From an uncultured Bacteroidales bacterium (GTDB taxonomy: Bacteria; Bacteroidota; Bacteroidia; Bacteroidales; CHK158-818), in the NCBI GenBank assembly GCA_949300615.1, contig CASGEW010000003.1, forward strand, positions 1,133 through 65,132: a DNA stretch of 64,000 nucleotides, read 5' to 3'. Numbering within the stretch: the stretch's first letter is position 1; every line of letters begins with the position of its first letter. The notes below the pieces were generated by a model. The model did no database searches. It was not told the origin of the DNA and worked only from the letters and a program-made list of their open reading frames with translations. Positions 45,526-54,521 of this stretch are shown one piece after another. A program made the position numbers and the translations under genes.

Positions 45526-46194
45526 TTACTTGGATTTAATCATTACATCGTCTATCATGCCGTACTCTTTGGCTTCGGCTGCGGTCATCCAATAGTCGCG
45601 ATCAGAGTCTTTTTCGATTTTTTCAAACGGATTGCCCGAGTGGTCGGCTATAATGGTATATAACTCTTTTTTCAACTTTTGAATTTCCCGGGCGGTAATT
45701 TCAATGTCCGATGCTTGTCCTTGTGCTCCGCCCATCGGCTGATGAATCATGATACGCGAATGGCGCAGGGCAAATCGCTTGCCTTTTGTGCCGGCTACCA
45801 ACAATACGGCTCCCATGGAGGCGGCCATACCGGTACAGATGGTAGAGACATCGCTGCTGATATACTGCATCGTATCGTAAATTCCCAAACCGGCATAAAC
45901 CGACCCTCCGGGGGTATTCAGATAAATGGAGATATCCTTCCCCGGATCGGCGGAATCGAGGTAAAGCAACTGAGCCTGAATAACATTGGCCGTATAGTCG
46001 TCGATCTGTGTTCCCAAAAAGATAATCCTGTCCATCATCAGACGGGAAAATACATCCATCTGGGCCACATTCAACTGACGCTCTTCTATGATGGTCGGGG
46101 AGATATAACTGCTGGTTATCTGGGCATACTGTTCCAATGCCAGGGCATTCAATCCTAAATGCTTGGTGGCATAATTCCTAAAATCGTTATTCAT
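45526..46194 (-). CDS. clpP: ATP-dependent Clp protease proteolytic subunit ClpP
   Basis: 222 aa with catalytic motifs [11 protein letters not shown] and IMIHQP. Confidence 0.97.
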   Translation of the reverse strand: MNNDFRNYATKHLGLNALALEQYAQITSSYISPTIIEERQLNVAQMDVFSRLMMDRIIFLGTQIDDYTANVIQAQLLYLDSADPGKDISIYLNTPGGSVYAGLGIYDTMQYISSDVSTICTGMAASMGAVLLVAGTKGKRFALRHSRIMIHQPMGGAQGQASDIEITAREIQKLKKELYTIIADHSGNPFEKIEKDSDRDYWMTAAEAKEYGMIDDVMIKSK

Positions 46195-46283
46195 AACTGT
46201 ATCTTTTACAATTTAATGTTTCTGTCCTCAATCGTCTTCCGGGACAGAGATAAAAAAGGCTCTTAATCTTTCTGAATTCCTAA

Positions 46284-46314
46284 CAAAGATATAAATAAAT
46301 TTGTTGCACTCAAA
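46284..46314 (-). promoter_or_regulatory. Consensus Bacteroidota promoter for clpP-clpX
   Basis: On the minus strand, TTTG (46314-46311), a 19-nt spacer, then TATCTTTG (46291-46284). It lies about 90 nt upstream of the clpP ATG. Confidence 0.6.
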
Positions 46315-46389
46315 TATATTTATTATCCCCAGGTGGATCGTGTTCAGACTAAAAGCCTTTTTCAGGATAGGTATCTAAAAACAAAGAGG

Positions 46390-47748
46390 TTATTTCGTTT
46401 CAAATAATTTATAGAAATCTTCGGGCGAAATCTCTTTGGTGTTTAGTGTTACGTTTTCTTTGATAGTGTCCAAAATTTTTTCTTCGGTGGCCCGATCGAT
46501 AATGCCCCGAACCGATTCTTTGGTTTTAAGCATCTCTTTGGCATAATTTTCGAGCATCTCTTCGGGCACATTCATCATACCGTATTGGGCGAATTGTGCC
46601 TTGGTGGCTTTTTTGGCCATATTCATAATGTCGGCTTCTTCTACCTTGATACCGAATTTACGTACGATCTCTTCTTTGATCAGGTGCCATTTCAAATCGG
46701 GAACCATGGCGGCGAAATCGGCATCCACGCTTTCGGGAGTCTTGTTTTCGCCGGTAGTGAGCAACCAACGTTTCAGGAAGGCTTCGGGCAAGACGATCTC
46801 GCCCACTTTTTCTTCTATGGCTTTGCGGGCATCAATGCCGAATTTGTAATCGCTTTCGCCTACCATCTGGCCGGCTATCATCTCTTTTACCTGTGCCCGG
46901 AACTCTTCTTCGGTTTTTACCTTGTCTGCGCCTAACACATTGTCGAAAAATTCTTGGTTCATTTCAGCCGGTTTGAATCCGGTTATTTCGAGTATTTCTG
47001 CTTCAAAGTCCGATTTCATGTCGGCAGCCTTTTCTTTGTCAATTCGCAACATCGAGGCTAATTCTGCTTCGCTGCCATCGCTCGATGCATAGGGATTGAA
47101 TACCACCTTGTCGCCTACCTTTACGCCGGCAAACTTCGTCTTTTGTTCGTCGTTCTTAAAATATACCGGAGAGAGGATGGTACTGGATACCGAAACGCCT
47201 CCCTCTTTTGCCTGTCCATTTTCGTCCAATTCGGTCAATTTGGCTTTCAACATATCTTTTTCGCCGGCTTCTTCTACCTGTATTTGGGTACCGAAACGAG
47301 AAGCGAATGCGTCGATCTGCTTTTGCAGCATATCGTCATTGACCTGCAACTGATAATAGTCGATCTGGTCGTCCTTGCCGATATTTACATCAATCTTGGG
47401 AGCCAAAGCGATGTCGAACTTGAAAGTGAAATCTTCCTGGTTGTCGAAATCGATTTTTTCCTGCGCTTCGTCGGGGAGAGGTTCGCCAAGTATATTCAAA
47501 TTATTTTCACGGATATAGCCGAATAATTTTTCAGAAACTTGTTTGTTTATTTCTTCTGCCAGGATAGATTTGCCAAACATTTTTTTGATCATTCCCATCG
47601 GAACCATCCCTTTGCGGAAACCGGGGATATTGGCTTTCTGGCGATAGCTGCGCAATGTCTTTTCTACATTGTCGCTGTAATCTGCTTTTACTATATCAAT
47701 GCTGATAATGGCATTGATGTCGTCGATGTTTTGTTGCGAAACGTTCAT
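46390..47748 (-). CDS. tig: Trigger factor
   Basis: 452 aa. The ribosome-binding N-domain carries GFRKGMVP. The tig-clpP-clpX synteny is classic. Confidence 0.9.
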   Translation of the reverse strand: MNVSQQNIDDINAIISIDIVKADYSDNVEKTLRSYRQKANIPGFRKGMVPMGMIKKMFGKSILAEEINKQVSEKLFGYIRENNLNILGEPLPDEAQEKIDFDNQEDFTFKFDIALAPKIDVNIGKDDQIDYYQLQVNDDMLQKQIDAFASRFGTQIQVEEAGEKDMLKAKLTELDENGQAKEGGVSVSSTILSPVYFKNDEQKTKFAGVKVGDKVVFNPYASSDGSEAELASMLRIDKEKAADMKSDFEAEILEITGFKPAEMNQEFFDNVLGADKVKTEEEFRAQVKEMIAGQMVGESDYKFGIDARKAIEEKVGEIVLPEAFLKRWLLTTGENKTPESVDADFAAMVPDLKWHLIKEEIVRKFGIKVEEADIMNMAKKATKAQFAQYGMMNVPEEMLENYAKEMLKTKESVRGIIDRATEEKILDTIKENVTLNTKEISPEDFYKLFETK

Positions 47749-47837
47749 TCTTACAACTCTTTTTTATGTTTAGATTTATGATTATATTCTGTTTTTTATC
47801 GTTTTAACCCACCATGAAAGGGCGGAATTTCGAAGCG

Positions 47838-47868
47838 CAAAAATAACGGTTATCTTTCTATAATCAAA
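47838..47868 (-). promoter_or_regulatory. Consensus Bacteroidota promoter for tig
   Basis: On the minus strand, TTTG (47868-47865), a 19-nt spacer, then TATTTTTG (47845-47838). It lies about 90 nt upstream of the tig ATG. Confidence 0.6.
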
Positions 47869-48119
47869 CTCCTTTGACATTTTTATGACAAAATAGATGG
47901 AATATTTTTTTAGCTATGCCCAAGAGAAGATTTCAATAAATTTACGATAAGAAATCTTGTTTATCCGATTTTTATCGTTTTCTTTGCAGGGAATGTTGAA
48001 AATTATTGTATTGATTCTAATCTGCCAATGTCCATCGTTGAATATCGACAAATCGGAATTATCGAGCTTAATTCTACCTCATTCAAAACTATTTTTCATT
48101 TCAAAATTATTCTCATTTT

Positions 48120-48365
48120 ATGAACATTTACATTGGCAACCTTAATTATCGTGTTAAGGAATCCGACCTGCAACAGGTAATGGAAACGTACGGAACCGTA
48201 GAATCCGTCAAAATTATAAAAGACCGTGAAACGGGTAAATCCAAAGGTTACGGTTTTGTAGAAATCGCCGAAGAGGAACTGGCCAAGGAGGCTATCGAGA
48301 AGCTGAACGGCTCAGAATTTGAAGGCCGTACGATGGTGGTAAAAGAGGCCCGGCCCAAAGCGTAA
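48120..48365 (+). CDS. RRM-type RNA-binding protein
   Basis: 81 aa with RNP2 IYIGNL and RNP1 KGYGFVEI. Confidence 0.85.
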   Translation: MNIYIGNLNYRVKESDLQQVMETYGTVESVKIIKDRETGKSKGYGFVEIAEEELAKEAIEKLNGSEFEGRTMVVKEARPKA

Positions 48366-48495
48366 CCTGTTTTTATTTGAAGAGCTCCGGTCTATGCAGG
48401 TCAGCTCAAAAAGGCTTATATGACTGAAACGATAAACGGCCTGTTCTGGTAGGGAATGGGTCGTTTTTTTGATCTGATGATAAACCGATACAACA

Positions 48496-49491
48496 ATGAA
48501 ATTCTCTCTATTTTCACCCTTTGCCAAACTGCTGATTTTTATCGGCCTGATTTTTTTATTCATGGGGATGTTTTCCATTCTCTTCCCGTTGGCATACCTC
48601 TACCTTTCGGGTGGAGATGTAACCCAGCTGTTGCAACCGAATACCATCGTTCAGGACTGGGCGTTTTTGTGCAATATGCAGTTATGGACATCGATCTGCG
48701 TATTCTTAGCCCCTTCTTTATTGGCAGCATACTGGTTCAGCGAAGGAAAAACAGGAGAATACCTCTTTTCAAACCGCGTTCCACTACCCGTCCAATGCCT
48801 GATGGCTATCGTCCTGTTGCTGGCCGTTACACCAATGATCAGCCTGATCGGAGAGTGGAACTATCAGTTACGGTTGCCGGATGCCCTTTCTGGCATGGAG
48901 GCATGGATGAGACGGCAGGAAGATGCCGCACAAGAGGTGGTAAACCAAATCTTGAACGTCGAGAGCTCCATCGATTGGCTATTTGTCTTGCTGGTCCTGG
49001 CCGTTTCTGCCGGAATCACCGAGGAGTTTCTCTTTCGAGGCGTCATGCAACGCCTGTTGTTGGAGAAATTCAAACGGGTACACCTGGCAGTCTGGATTAC
49101 CGCGTTTGTTTTCAGCGCCATCCACCTTCAATTTTTCGGGTTCTTCCCGCGTATCTTGCTGGGAGCTCTCTGCGGATACCTGCTGGTATGGAGCGGGAAT
49201 ATCTGGATTCCCGTTTTGGCACACACCCTGAACAACGCAATTTATGTTGCGACAGAATATGCCATCAAACTGGGATGGTCAACAACCGAGGAGATGGAGA
49301 TGGAGCTGTCGTGGGGGAACTTTGTCATAGCCCTGGCCGCACTGGCAATTTTTATCTGGGTAGCCCGACGCTTCAAAAACCGCCAACAACTACCCTATAA
49401 ACAAGCGGTACTGGCTGCTACGGCCAAATCTATCTTGGAAGAGAGGGTGATGTCGGAAGAGATCAATCGAACTTCTTCCGATGAAAAATAA
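48496..49491 (+). CDS. CPBP-family (CAAX-type) intramembrane glutamic protease
   Basis: 331 aa and polytopic, with CPBP motifs [14 protein letters not shown] and HTLNN. Confidence 0.8.
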   Translation: MKFSLFSPFAKLLIFIGLIFLFMGMFSILFPLAYLYLSGGDVTQLLQPNTIVQDWAFLCNMQLWTSICVFLAPSLLAAYWFSEGKTGEYLFSNRVPLPVQCLMAIVLLLAVTPMISLIGEWNYQLRLPDALSGMEAWMRRQEDAAQEVVNQILNVESSIDWLFVLLVLAVSAGITEEFLFRGVMQRLLLEKFKRVHLAVWITAFVFSAIHLQFFGFFPRILLGALCGYLLVWSGNIWIPVLAHTLNNAIYVATEYAIKLGWSTTEEMEMELSWGNFVIALAALAIFIWVARRFKNRQQLPYKQAVLAATAKSILEERVMSEEINRTSSDEK

Positions 49492-50221
49492 AGTTCCGTC
49501 CTAAATACTTTTCACGCACGATGGGATCGACGGATAGTTCTTCGGAGGTTCCCTGAAACAGGATACGTCCTTCAAACAACAGATAGGCCCGGTCGGTGAT
49601 ACTCAGGGTTTCGGGAGCGTTGTGGTCGGTAATCAAGATACCGATATGCTTCTCTTTCAACTTATATACGATATACTGGATATCTTCAACGGCAATCGGA
49701 TCGACCCCGGCAAAGGGTTCGTCCAACATGATAAACTTGGGGTCGATGGCCAAACAACGGGCTATTTCGGTACGGCGGCGTTCTCCTCCGGAAAGTTGAT
49801 CTCCCAGGTTCTTGCGCACCTTTTGCAAACGGAACTCGGCAATCAGGCTCTCCAATTTCTCTTTCTGGTACTCTTTGGGCTTGTCGGTCATTTCGAGCAC
49901 CGAACGGATGTTGTCTTCTACCGACATTTTCCGAAAAACAGATGCCTCCTGCGCCAGATAGCCGATACCGTATTGTGCCCGTTTGTACACGGGAAACTTG
50001 GTAATATCGGTATCATCGAGGAATATGCGGCCTTCGTTGGGGGTAACCAACCCTACCGTCATGTAGAACGTGGTGGTCTTGCCGGCACCGTTCGGTCCTA
50101 ACAACCCGACAATCTCGCCCTGTTTTACATCGATGGAAACGTGGTTTACTACCGTACGCTGACGATATTTCTTGACCAGGTTCTCTGTCCGTAACACCAT
50201 CTGTTTTTCTTCCATATCCAT
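49463..50221 (-). CDS. lptB: LPS export ABC transporter ATP-binding protein LptB
   Basis: 252 aa with Walker [10 protein letters not shown], signature LSGGERRR and Walker B FIMLDEPF, plus an LptB-type C-terminus. Confidence 0.85.
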   Translation of the reverse strand: MDMEEKQMVLRTENLVKKYRQRTVVNHVSIDVKQGEIVGLLGPNGAGKTTTFYMTVGLVTPNEGRIFLDDTDITKFPVYKRAQYGIGYLAQEASVFRKMSVEDNIRSVLEMTDKPKEYQKEKLESLIAEFRLQKVRKNLGDQLSGGERRRTEIARCLAIDPKFIMLDEPFAGVDPIAVEDIQYIVYKLKEKHIGILITDHNAPETLSITDRAYLLFEGRILFQGTSEELSVDPIVREKYLGRNFIFHRKKFD

Positions 50222-50249
50222 AAAATCTTTTATTGGTATTGTTTCCTGA

Positions 50250-50257
50250 CAAAGTTA
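50250..50257 (-). promoter_or_regulatory. -7 box (TAACTTTG on the minus strand) upstream of lptB
   Basis: Plus-strand CAAAGTTA at 50250-50257, about 30 nt before the lptB ATG. There is no clean -33 element. Confidence 0.3.
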
Positions 50258-50341
50258 GCAAAATTTAAATCGCCCGACAAGCCATATCCCCATTGCCGGG
50301 AAGGGAGTTTTTTTATACGGCAGAAATTCCGTACCCGAGGA

Positions 50342-51121
50342 TTACGACAAATGCCCCTGTTTATTTGTAACTACATACTCCCTGACCTCTTTGAAAAGGT
50401 CGGATGCAAATACGAAATCGTTCAACGCCTGGCTCTGGGAGGTAAAAATATCCTCTTTGGTACCGACCCACTCCTTATGTCCCTTGTTCAGGAATATAAT
50501 ATTTTCCCCGATACCCATTACCGAATTCATGTCGTGCGTATTGATGATGGTAGTCATGTTGTACTCTTTGGTGATGTCGCTGACCAGTTCATCTATCAAC
50601 AGGGAGGTTTTCGGGTCCAGCCCGGAGTTCGGCTCATCGCAAAACAGGTATTTCGGATTCAGCGCGATGGCGCGGGCAATGGCCACCCGCTTTTGCATCC
50701 CCCCGCTGATTTCGGAGGGATAGAGGTTGTTGGCGCCGGTCAGGTTCACCCGGTCTAAACAAAACTCGGCTCGTTTCATCCGCTCTTTCAACGTCTGACG
50801 GGTAAACATCATCAACGGGAACATGACGTTTTCTATCACCGTCAGCGAATCAAACAGGGCTGAGCCTTGAAACAACATCCCGATTTCGCTTCTAAGCAAG
50901 CGAATTTCGCTCTGCGAAAGTGCCAACAAATCTTTTCCATCGTACAGGATTTGCCCGGTATCGGGCACAATCAAACCTACGATGGACTTCATCAAGACCG
51001 TTTTCCCGGAGCCGCTCTGGCCGATAATCAGGTTTGTCTTACCGGTATAGAAATCGGCGGAAACATCGTGGAGAATGGTTTTTCCGTCGAAAGATTTGGT
51101 TACGTTCCGAACTTCGATCAT
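50342..51121 (-). CDS. ABC transporter ATP-binding protein, MlaF-like
   Basis: 259 aa with Walker A GQSGSGKT and signature ISGGMQKRVAIARA. Its start overlaps the upstream MlaE-like permease gene by 4 nt (ATGA), suggesting translational coupling. Confidence 0.8.
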   Translation of the reverse strand: MIEVRNVTKSFDGKTILHDVSADFYTGKTNLIIGQSGSGKTVLMKSIVGLIVPDTGQILYDGKDLLALSQSEIRLLRSEIGMLFQGSALFDSLTVIENVMFPLMMFTRQTLKERMKRAEFCLDRVNLTGANNLYPSEISGGMQKRVAIARAIALNPKYLFCDEPNSGLDPKTSLLIDELVSDITKEYNMTTIINTHDMNSVMGIGENIIFLNKGHKEWVGTKEDIFTSQSQALNDFVFASDLFKEVREYVVTNKQGHLS

Positions 51122-51867
51122 TGCATTAAAAGTTTTGTCAATAACACATCGAGCATCAAGATCATCACACTGCTCACCACTACGGAATCGGTACTGGCCT
51201 TACCCACCTCCAAAGCACCTCCCCGGACGTTGTAACCGTAATAGGAGGCCACGCTGCTGATCACGAAGGCGAACACCAGCGATTTGATAATCGAGTACCA
51301 GATATAGTATTCGTTAAACATGGCTTGTATGCCATACACATATTTGGTCACCGTAATCATCTGGGTAAACACGCTTACCAAAAAACCGCCGAACAAGCCC
51401 GTAAACATACTGAATACCACCAATACCGGAATGATGGATACGAGTGCGGCAATTTTGGGTAGAATCAAGTAGTTGGCCGAATTCACCCCCATGATATCCA
51501 ATGCGTCGATCTGTTCGGTTACCCGCATGGTCCCGATCTCTGAGGCGATGTTGGAACCGACCTTTCCCGCCAGAATCAGGCACATGATCGAAGAGGAAAA
51601 TTCCAACAAAAGCACATCGCGGGTGGCCAACCCCACAGCGTATGCCGGAATCATCGGCGACATGATGTTCAACACCATCTGGATGGTAATGACGGCTCCG
51701 ATAAAAATAGAGATGGTTGCTACGATGGCAATGGAGTCGATCCCGAGTTTGTATATTTCGGTAACATAGCGCCGGAAGAACTCACTCCAACGGTCTGGCA
51801 CAGAAAAGACGCGCCGCATCAACAGAAGGTATCGTCCGAATTGCGCTAACGGTTTTATCAAAAACAT
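51118..51867 (-). CDS. MlaE-family ABC transporter permease
   Basis: 249 aa with about five TM helices. The layout and pairing with an MlaF-like ATPase are typical of MlaE/Ttg2B permeases. Confidence 0.75.
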   Translation of the reverse strand: MFLIKPLAQFGRYLLLMRRVFSVPDRWSEFFRRYVTEIYKLGIDSIAIVATISIFIGAVITIQMVLNIMSPMIPAYAVGLATRDVLLLEFSSSIMCLILAGKVGSNIASEIGTMRVTEQIDALDIMGVNSANYLILPKIAALVSIIPVLVVFSMFTGLFGGFLVSVFTQMITVTKYVYGIQAMFNEYYIWYSIIKSLVFAFVISSVASYYGYNVRGGALEVGKASTDSVVVSSVMILMLDVLLTKLLMQ

Positions 51868-52002
51868 AAGAATTTCATTTTTCGCGGGCCGTTTTTACAG
51901 CTCTTTATCGAGGCAAATGTAGTAAAAATAGTTCACTCCCGAATTTTATTCCCAAAGATTTAAGCAAATCAACCCTTTTTCACACAGACCCACAAACATA
52001 TA

Positions 52003-52034
52003 AAAAAGAGGAACAGCCGCCAGGCAGCTGTTCC
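52003..52034 (-). other. Orphan terminator-like hairpin in a 439-nt intergenic region
   Basis: On the minus strand, GGAACAGC (52034-52027), a 9-nt loop, GCTGTTCC (52017-52010), then TCTTTTTTAT. No annotated minus-strand gene lies upstream of it. Confidence 0.35.
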
Positions 52035-52306
52035 CCCCAAACATAAAAACAGTAAAAATAGTGGATAAGATTATATATAGAATAAAAATGGCCGGAACAA
52101 AAAAACTGTTATCTATTTTGAATCGCTTATTAATCAACAATACGCCCCTTGTTTAGTTCAAACAACCGGAGTTTTTTGACAAAAAAATCGTTTCATCCGG
52201 GAATTTTTTCATTTTTTTTCATCCCTTCCGAACAAAAAGAGGGGTTTAGGTGTTATATCTTAATAAGAGTATCTTTCAACAAAACAATTCAAGAAAAAAC
52301 AACGCC

Positions 52307-53521
52307 ATGAAAGTAGTTGCTTTACTATGTTTATTATCCGCATCGGTACTGGTTCACGGTCAGATATCACTGGACTCCATCATCCGCAAGTTGGATGATA
52401 TATCAAGTTTCAAGTCCCGGGTGTCATACAGCATAACCCAACCCTTGACAGACGGCGTGGTAGATTACACCCTCGACATGGCTTACCGAAAAACACCTTC
52501 GGATACGCTGGGCGGAGCATCGTACTACATCGAGATAATCGACGGACACCCGGCTGTAAAAGGGGATTTCTATTGCTACTGCGGGGGAGACTATTTCAAC
52601 TTTGCCAACCAACGGTTGCGGGAATACCATGCGTCGGAGAATGTCGCGCCTTTTATCTCCCGCCAATCGGACGACTACATCATACCGGGGGTACACCTTT
52701 CGGGGCTTTTCGTAGGAGAGTTGCCGGGTGAAATGAAAAAAGAGTTGTGCCGGTTCCGGGACAATCCCAACGTCCGCATATCGGTTACATCCGACTCGGC
52801 ATACGGCGAAGCATCCAGCATAACCGTTTTTGTGGAAGAACAACGAAGAGACCTCCCCTTGCGGGAAATCACATACAAATTCGACGCAAAGAGCCTCTTG
52901 CCTACTTATAAAGAGGTAGTCAACAGCCCGGGCCACATGGCCTCTCAAACGGTTACCACCCGTTACGAAGAGACGCAAACAGGCCTCGACTTCCCGGACG
53001 ATTACTTCTCCGAGAAACGGTTGTTACGGGAAAAGCCTGAAATCATGGCATCTTTCAGGAAAGGTAGCTTCCGGGCAGAACAGCTCAAAGGCCGTCAGGC
53101 GCCCGATTTTTCGTTGCCGACACTCTCCGAAGGGGTACAAAGGTTTACCCTGACACCCAGCCAGGAGATGAAGCTACTGCTGTTTGTCGATACCCAAGCC
53201 AGCTTCTGCCCGCCGGCTATTGAACGGCTCGACAGCCTGTGCCGGGAAACAAATACGGAACTGAAAGTGTTATTTAAAGAGAACTCCCGAAGCGATGTGG
53301 AGAAATATTGGGAGGAGAGTGGATTCAAATGCGAGGCTCCGCTTTACAATGCCTCGAACGTCTTTATCCAATACGGCGTAACCGGATTTCCATCGGCATT
53401 TCTATTGACTCCTGACAATGATATTGCCGACATATATATCGGATACAGTCCCGACCTGCCCCGACAAGTGGCAGAAGGGATAACGGCTTTCTATGAAAAC
53501 GACCTACAAAATAATCATTAA
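52307..53521 (+). CDS. Secreted two-domain protein with a C-terminal thioredoxin-fold (TlpA-like) domain carrying CPPA instead of CxxC
   Basis: 404 aa from ATG 52307 (MKVVALLCLLSASVLVHGQ signal). The C-terminal block RQAPDFSLPTL...LLLFVDTQASFCPPA...GVTGFPSAFLL has a TlpA/ResA-like layout. Only one Cys (codon at 53207-53209) sits at the active-site position. Confidence 0.55.
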   Translation: MKVVALLCLLSASVLVHGQISLDSIIRKLDDISSFKSRVSYSITQPLTDGVVDYTLDMAYRKTPSDTLGGASYYIEIIDGHPAVKGDFYCYCGGDYFNFANQRLREYHASENVAPFISRQSDDYIIPGVHLSGLFVGELPGEMKKELCRFRDNPNVRISVTSDSAYGEASSITVFVEEQRRDLPLREITYKFDAKSLLPTYKEVVNSPGHMASQTVTTRYEETQTGLDFPDDYFSEKRLLREKPEIMASFRKGSFRAEQLKGRQAPDFSLPTLSEGVQRFTLTPSQEMKLLLFVDTQASFCPPAIERLDSLCRETNTELKVLFKENSRSDVEKYWEESGFKCEAPLYNASNVFIQYGVTGFPSAFLLTPDNDIADIYIGYSPDLPRQVAEGITAFYENDLQNNH

Positions 53522-53533
53522 AAATAAAAAACT

Positions 53534-54034
53534 ATGGCTACCATAACACTGAAAGGAAATCCGGTCCATACCTGCGGCTCACTGCCCAAAACCGGGGAAA
53601 AAGCACCCTGTTTCCAGTTAGTCAAATCGGATCTTTCCGAACTATCTTGTTGCGATTTGAAAGGCAAACGACTGGTGTTGAACATCTTTCCCAGCTTAGA
53701 CACTTCGGTATGCGCTACCTCTGTCCGGAAATTCAACCAATTGGCTGCTCAAATGCCCAATACCGTGATATTGGCTGTCTCGAAGGATCTGCCCTTTGCC
53801 CAGTCCCGTTTCTGTACGACGGAAGGTATTGACCAGGTAATCCCGGTTTCGGCATTCAGAAGCAACGATTTCGGCAAAGCGTACGGAGTAGAAATAACTG
53901 ACGGCCCACTGGCCGGACTACTGGCCCGGTCGGTTGTAGTGATCGATAAAGATTTCAACATCATTTACGAAGAGTTGGTTCCTGAAATCACCCATGAACC
54001 CGATTACGAAGCAGTGTTGAATGTTTTGAAATAG
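53534..54034 (+). CDS. tpx: Thiol peroxidase (atypical 2-Cys peroxiredoxin Tpx)
   Basis: 166 aa with the peroxidatic Cys motif FPSLDTSVC and the resolving Cys in FAQSRFCTTEG. Confidence 0.9.
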   Translation: MATITLKGNPVHTCGSLPKTGEKAPCFQLVKSDLSELSCCDLKGKRLVLNIFPSLDTSVCATSVRKFNQLAAQMPNTVILAVSKDLPFAQSRFCTTEGIDQVIPVSAFRSNDFGKAYGVEITDGPLAGLLARSVVVIDKDFNIIYEELVPEITHEPDYEAVLNVLK

Positions 54035-54054
54035 TCAAGTGTGTGCTCGCTGCA

Positions 54055-54091
54055 ACGCAGGACAGGGATTTTTCCTGTCCTGCGTTTTTTT
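54055..54091 (+). terminator. Rho-independent terminator after tpx
   Basis: A 12-bp stem ACGCAGGACAGG / CCTGTCCTGCGT with a 7-nt loop, followed by TTTTTT. Confidence 0.8.
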
Positions 54092-54166
54092 ATCCAAATA
54101 CCCCTCTCCTGTCCCAATAAGGACCAACGGGTTCAGGAGGCGGCCCACAAGAAATTTTCGGAATAT

Positions 54167-54197
54167 TTTGTACAAACCGACAATATCATTACCTTTG
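54167..54197 (+). promoter_or_regulatory. Consensus promoter for tRNA-Leu
   Basis: TTTG (54167-54170), a 19-nt spacer, then TACCTTTG (54190-54197). The tRNA 5' end lies 18 nt downstream. Confidence 0.6.
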
Positions 54198-54214
54198 CGC
54201 TGCAAAAGCATCAC

Positions 54215-54296
54215 GCGGATGTGGCGTAATTGGTAGCCGCGCTAGACTTAGGATCTAGTGTCTTACGACGTGTGGGTTCGAGTCCCGTCATCCGCA
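54215..54296 (+). tRNA. tRNA-Leu (anticodon UAG), class II with a long variable arm, no encoded CCA
   Basis: Manual cloverleaf: acceptor GCGGATG/CATCCGC, a 3-bp D stem, anticodon stem CTAGA/TCTAG with loop CTTAGGA, variable arm TGTCTTACGACGTGT, T loop TTCGAGT and discriminator A. Confidence 0.9.
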
Positions 54297-54304
54297 CACT
54301 TTCC

Positions 54305-54340
54305 AAGGTTGTCCTTTTTCAAAGGACAGCCTTTTTTATT
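54305..54340 (+). terminator. Rho-independent terminator after tRNA-Leu
   Basis: Stem AAGGTTGTCCTT / AAGGACAGCCTT (one G-U pair) followed by TTTTTTATTTT. Confidence 0.65.
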
Positions 54341-54399
54341 TTATTCTGCCATCTCCGAAACGGTCATCCCGCCCACCTCCAAACAAAAGACAAAAAACC

Positions 54400-54431
54400 A
54401 TTGTTATTCTAAATAACGGTATTGAGACAAT
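54400..54431 (+). promoter_or_regulatory. Nested inverted repeats just upstream of the ahpC -33 box (candidate OxyR/LysR-type operator)
   Basis: ATTGT (54400-54404) pairs with ACAAT (54427-54431). These enclose GTTATT-CTA-AATAAC (54403-54417). The position immediately upstream of the promoter fits a class I activator site. No regulator gene lies in the window. Confidence 0.25.
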
Positions 54432-54444
54432 CAATCGAAATTTG

Positions 54445-54475
54445 TTTGTATCGGAAAAATCGCTACGTATGTTTG
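54445..54475 (+). promoter_or_regulatory. Consensus promoter for ahpCF
   Basis: TTTG (54445-54448), a 19-nt spacer, then TATGTTTG (54468-54475). It lies 47 nt upstream of the ahpC ATG. Confidence 0.6.
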
Positions 54476-54521
54476 TATCAACGAAAAGAAACTATTTATA
54501 AACCCTCAAAAAATAAAAATT

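Noticed and set aside
48456-49400. A 314-aa plus-strand ORF in another frame of the CPBP gene
   Set aside because: The frame starting at 48496 contains all three CPBP motifs (EExxxR, FxxxH, HxxxN/D). The alternative frame is Arg/Pro/Gly-rich with no motifs.
51946-52140. A 64-aa minus-strand ORF in the 439-nt intergenic region
   Set aside because: A terminator-like hairpin sits in the middle of the ORF. There is no conserved-looking motif beyond one hydrophobic stretch, and the AT-rich region makes a chance ORF likely.
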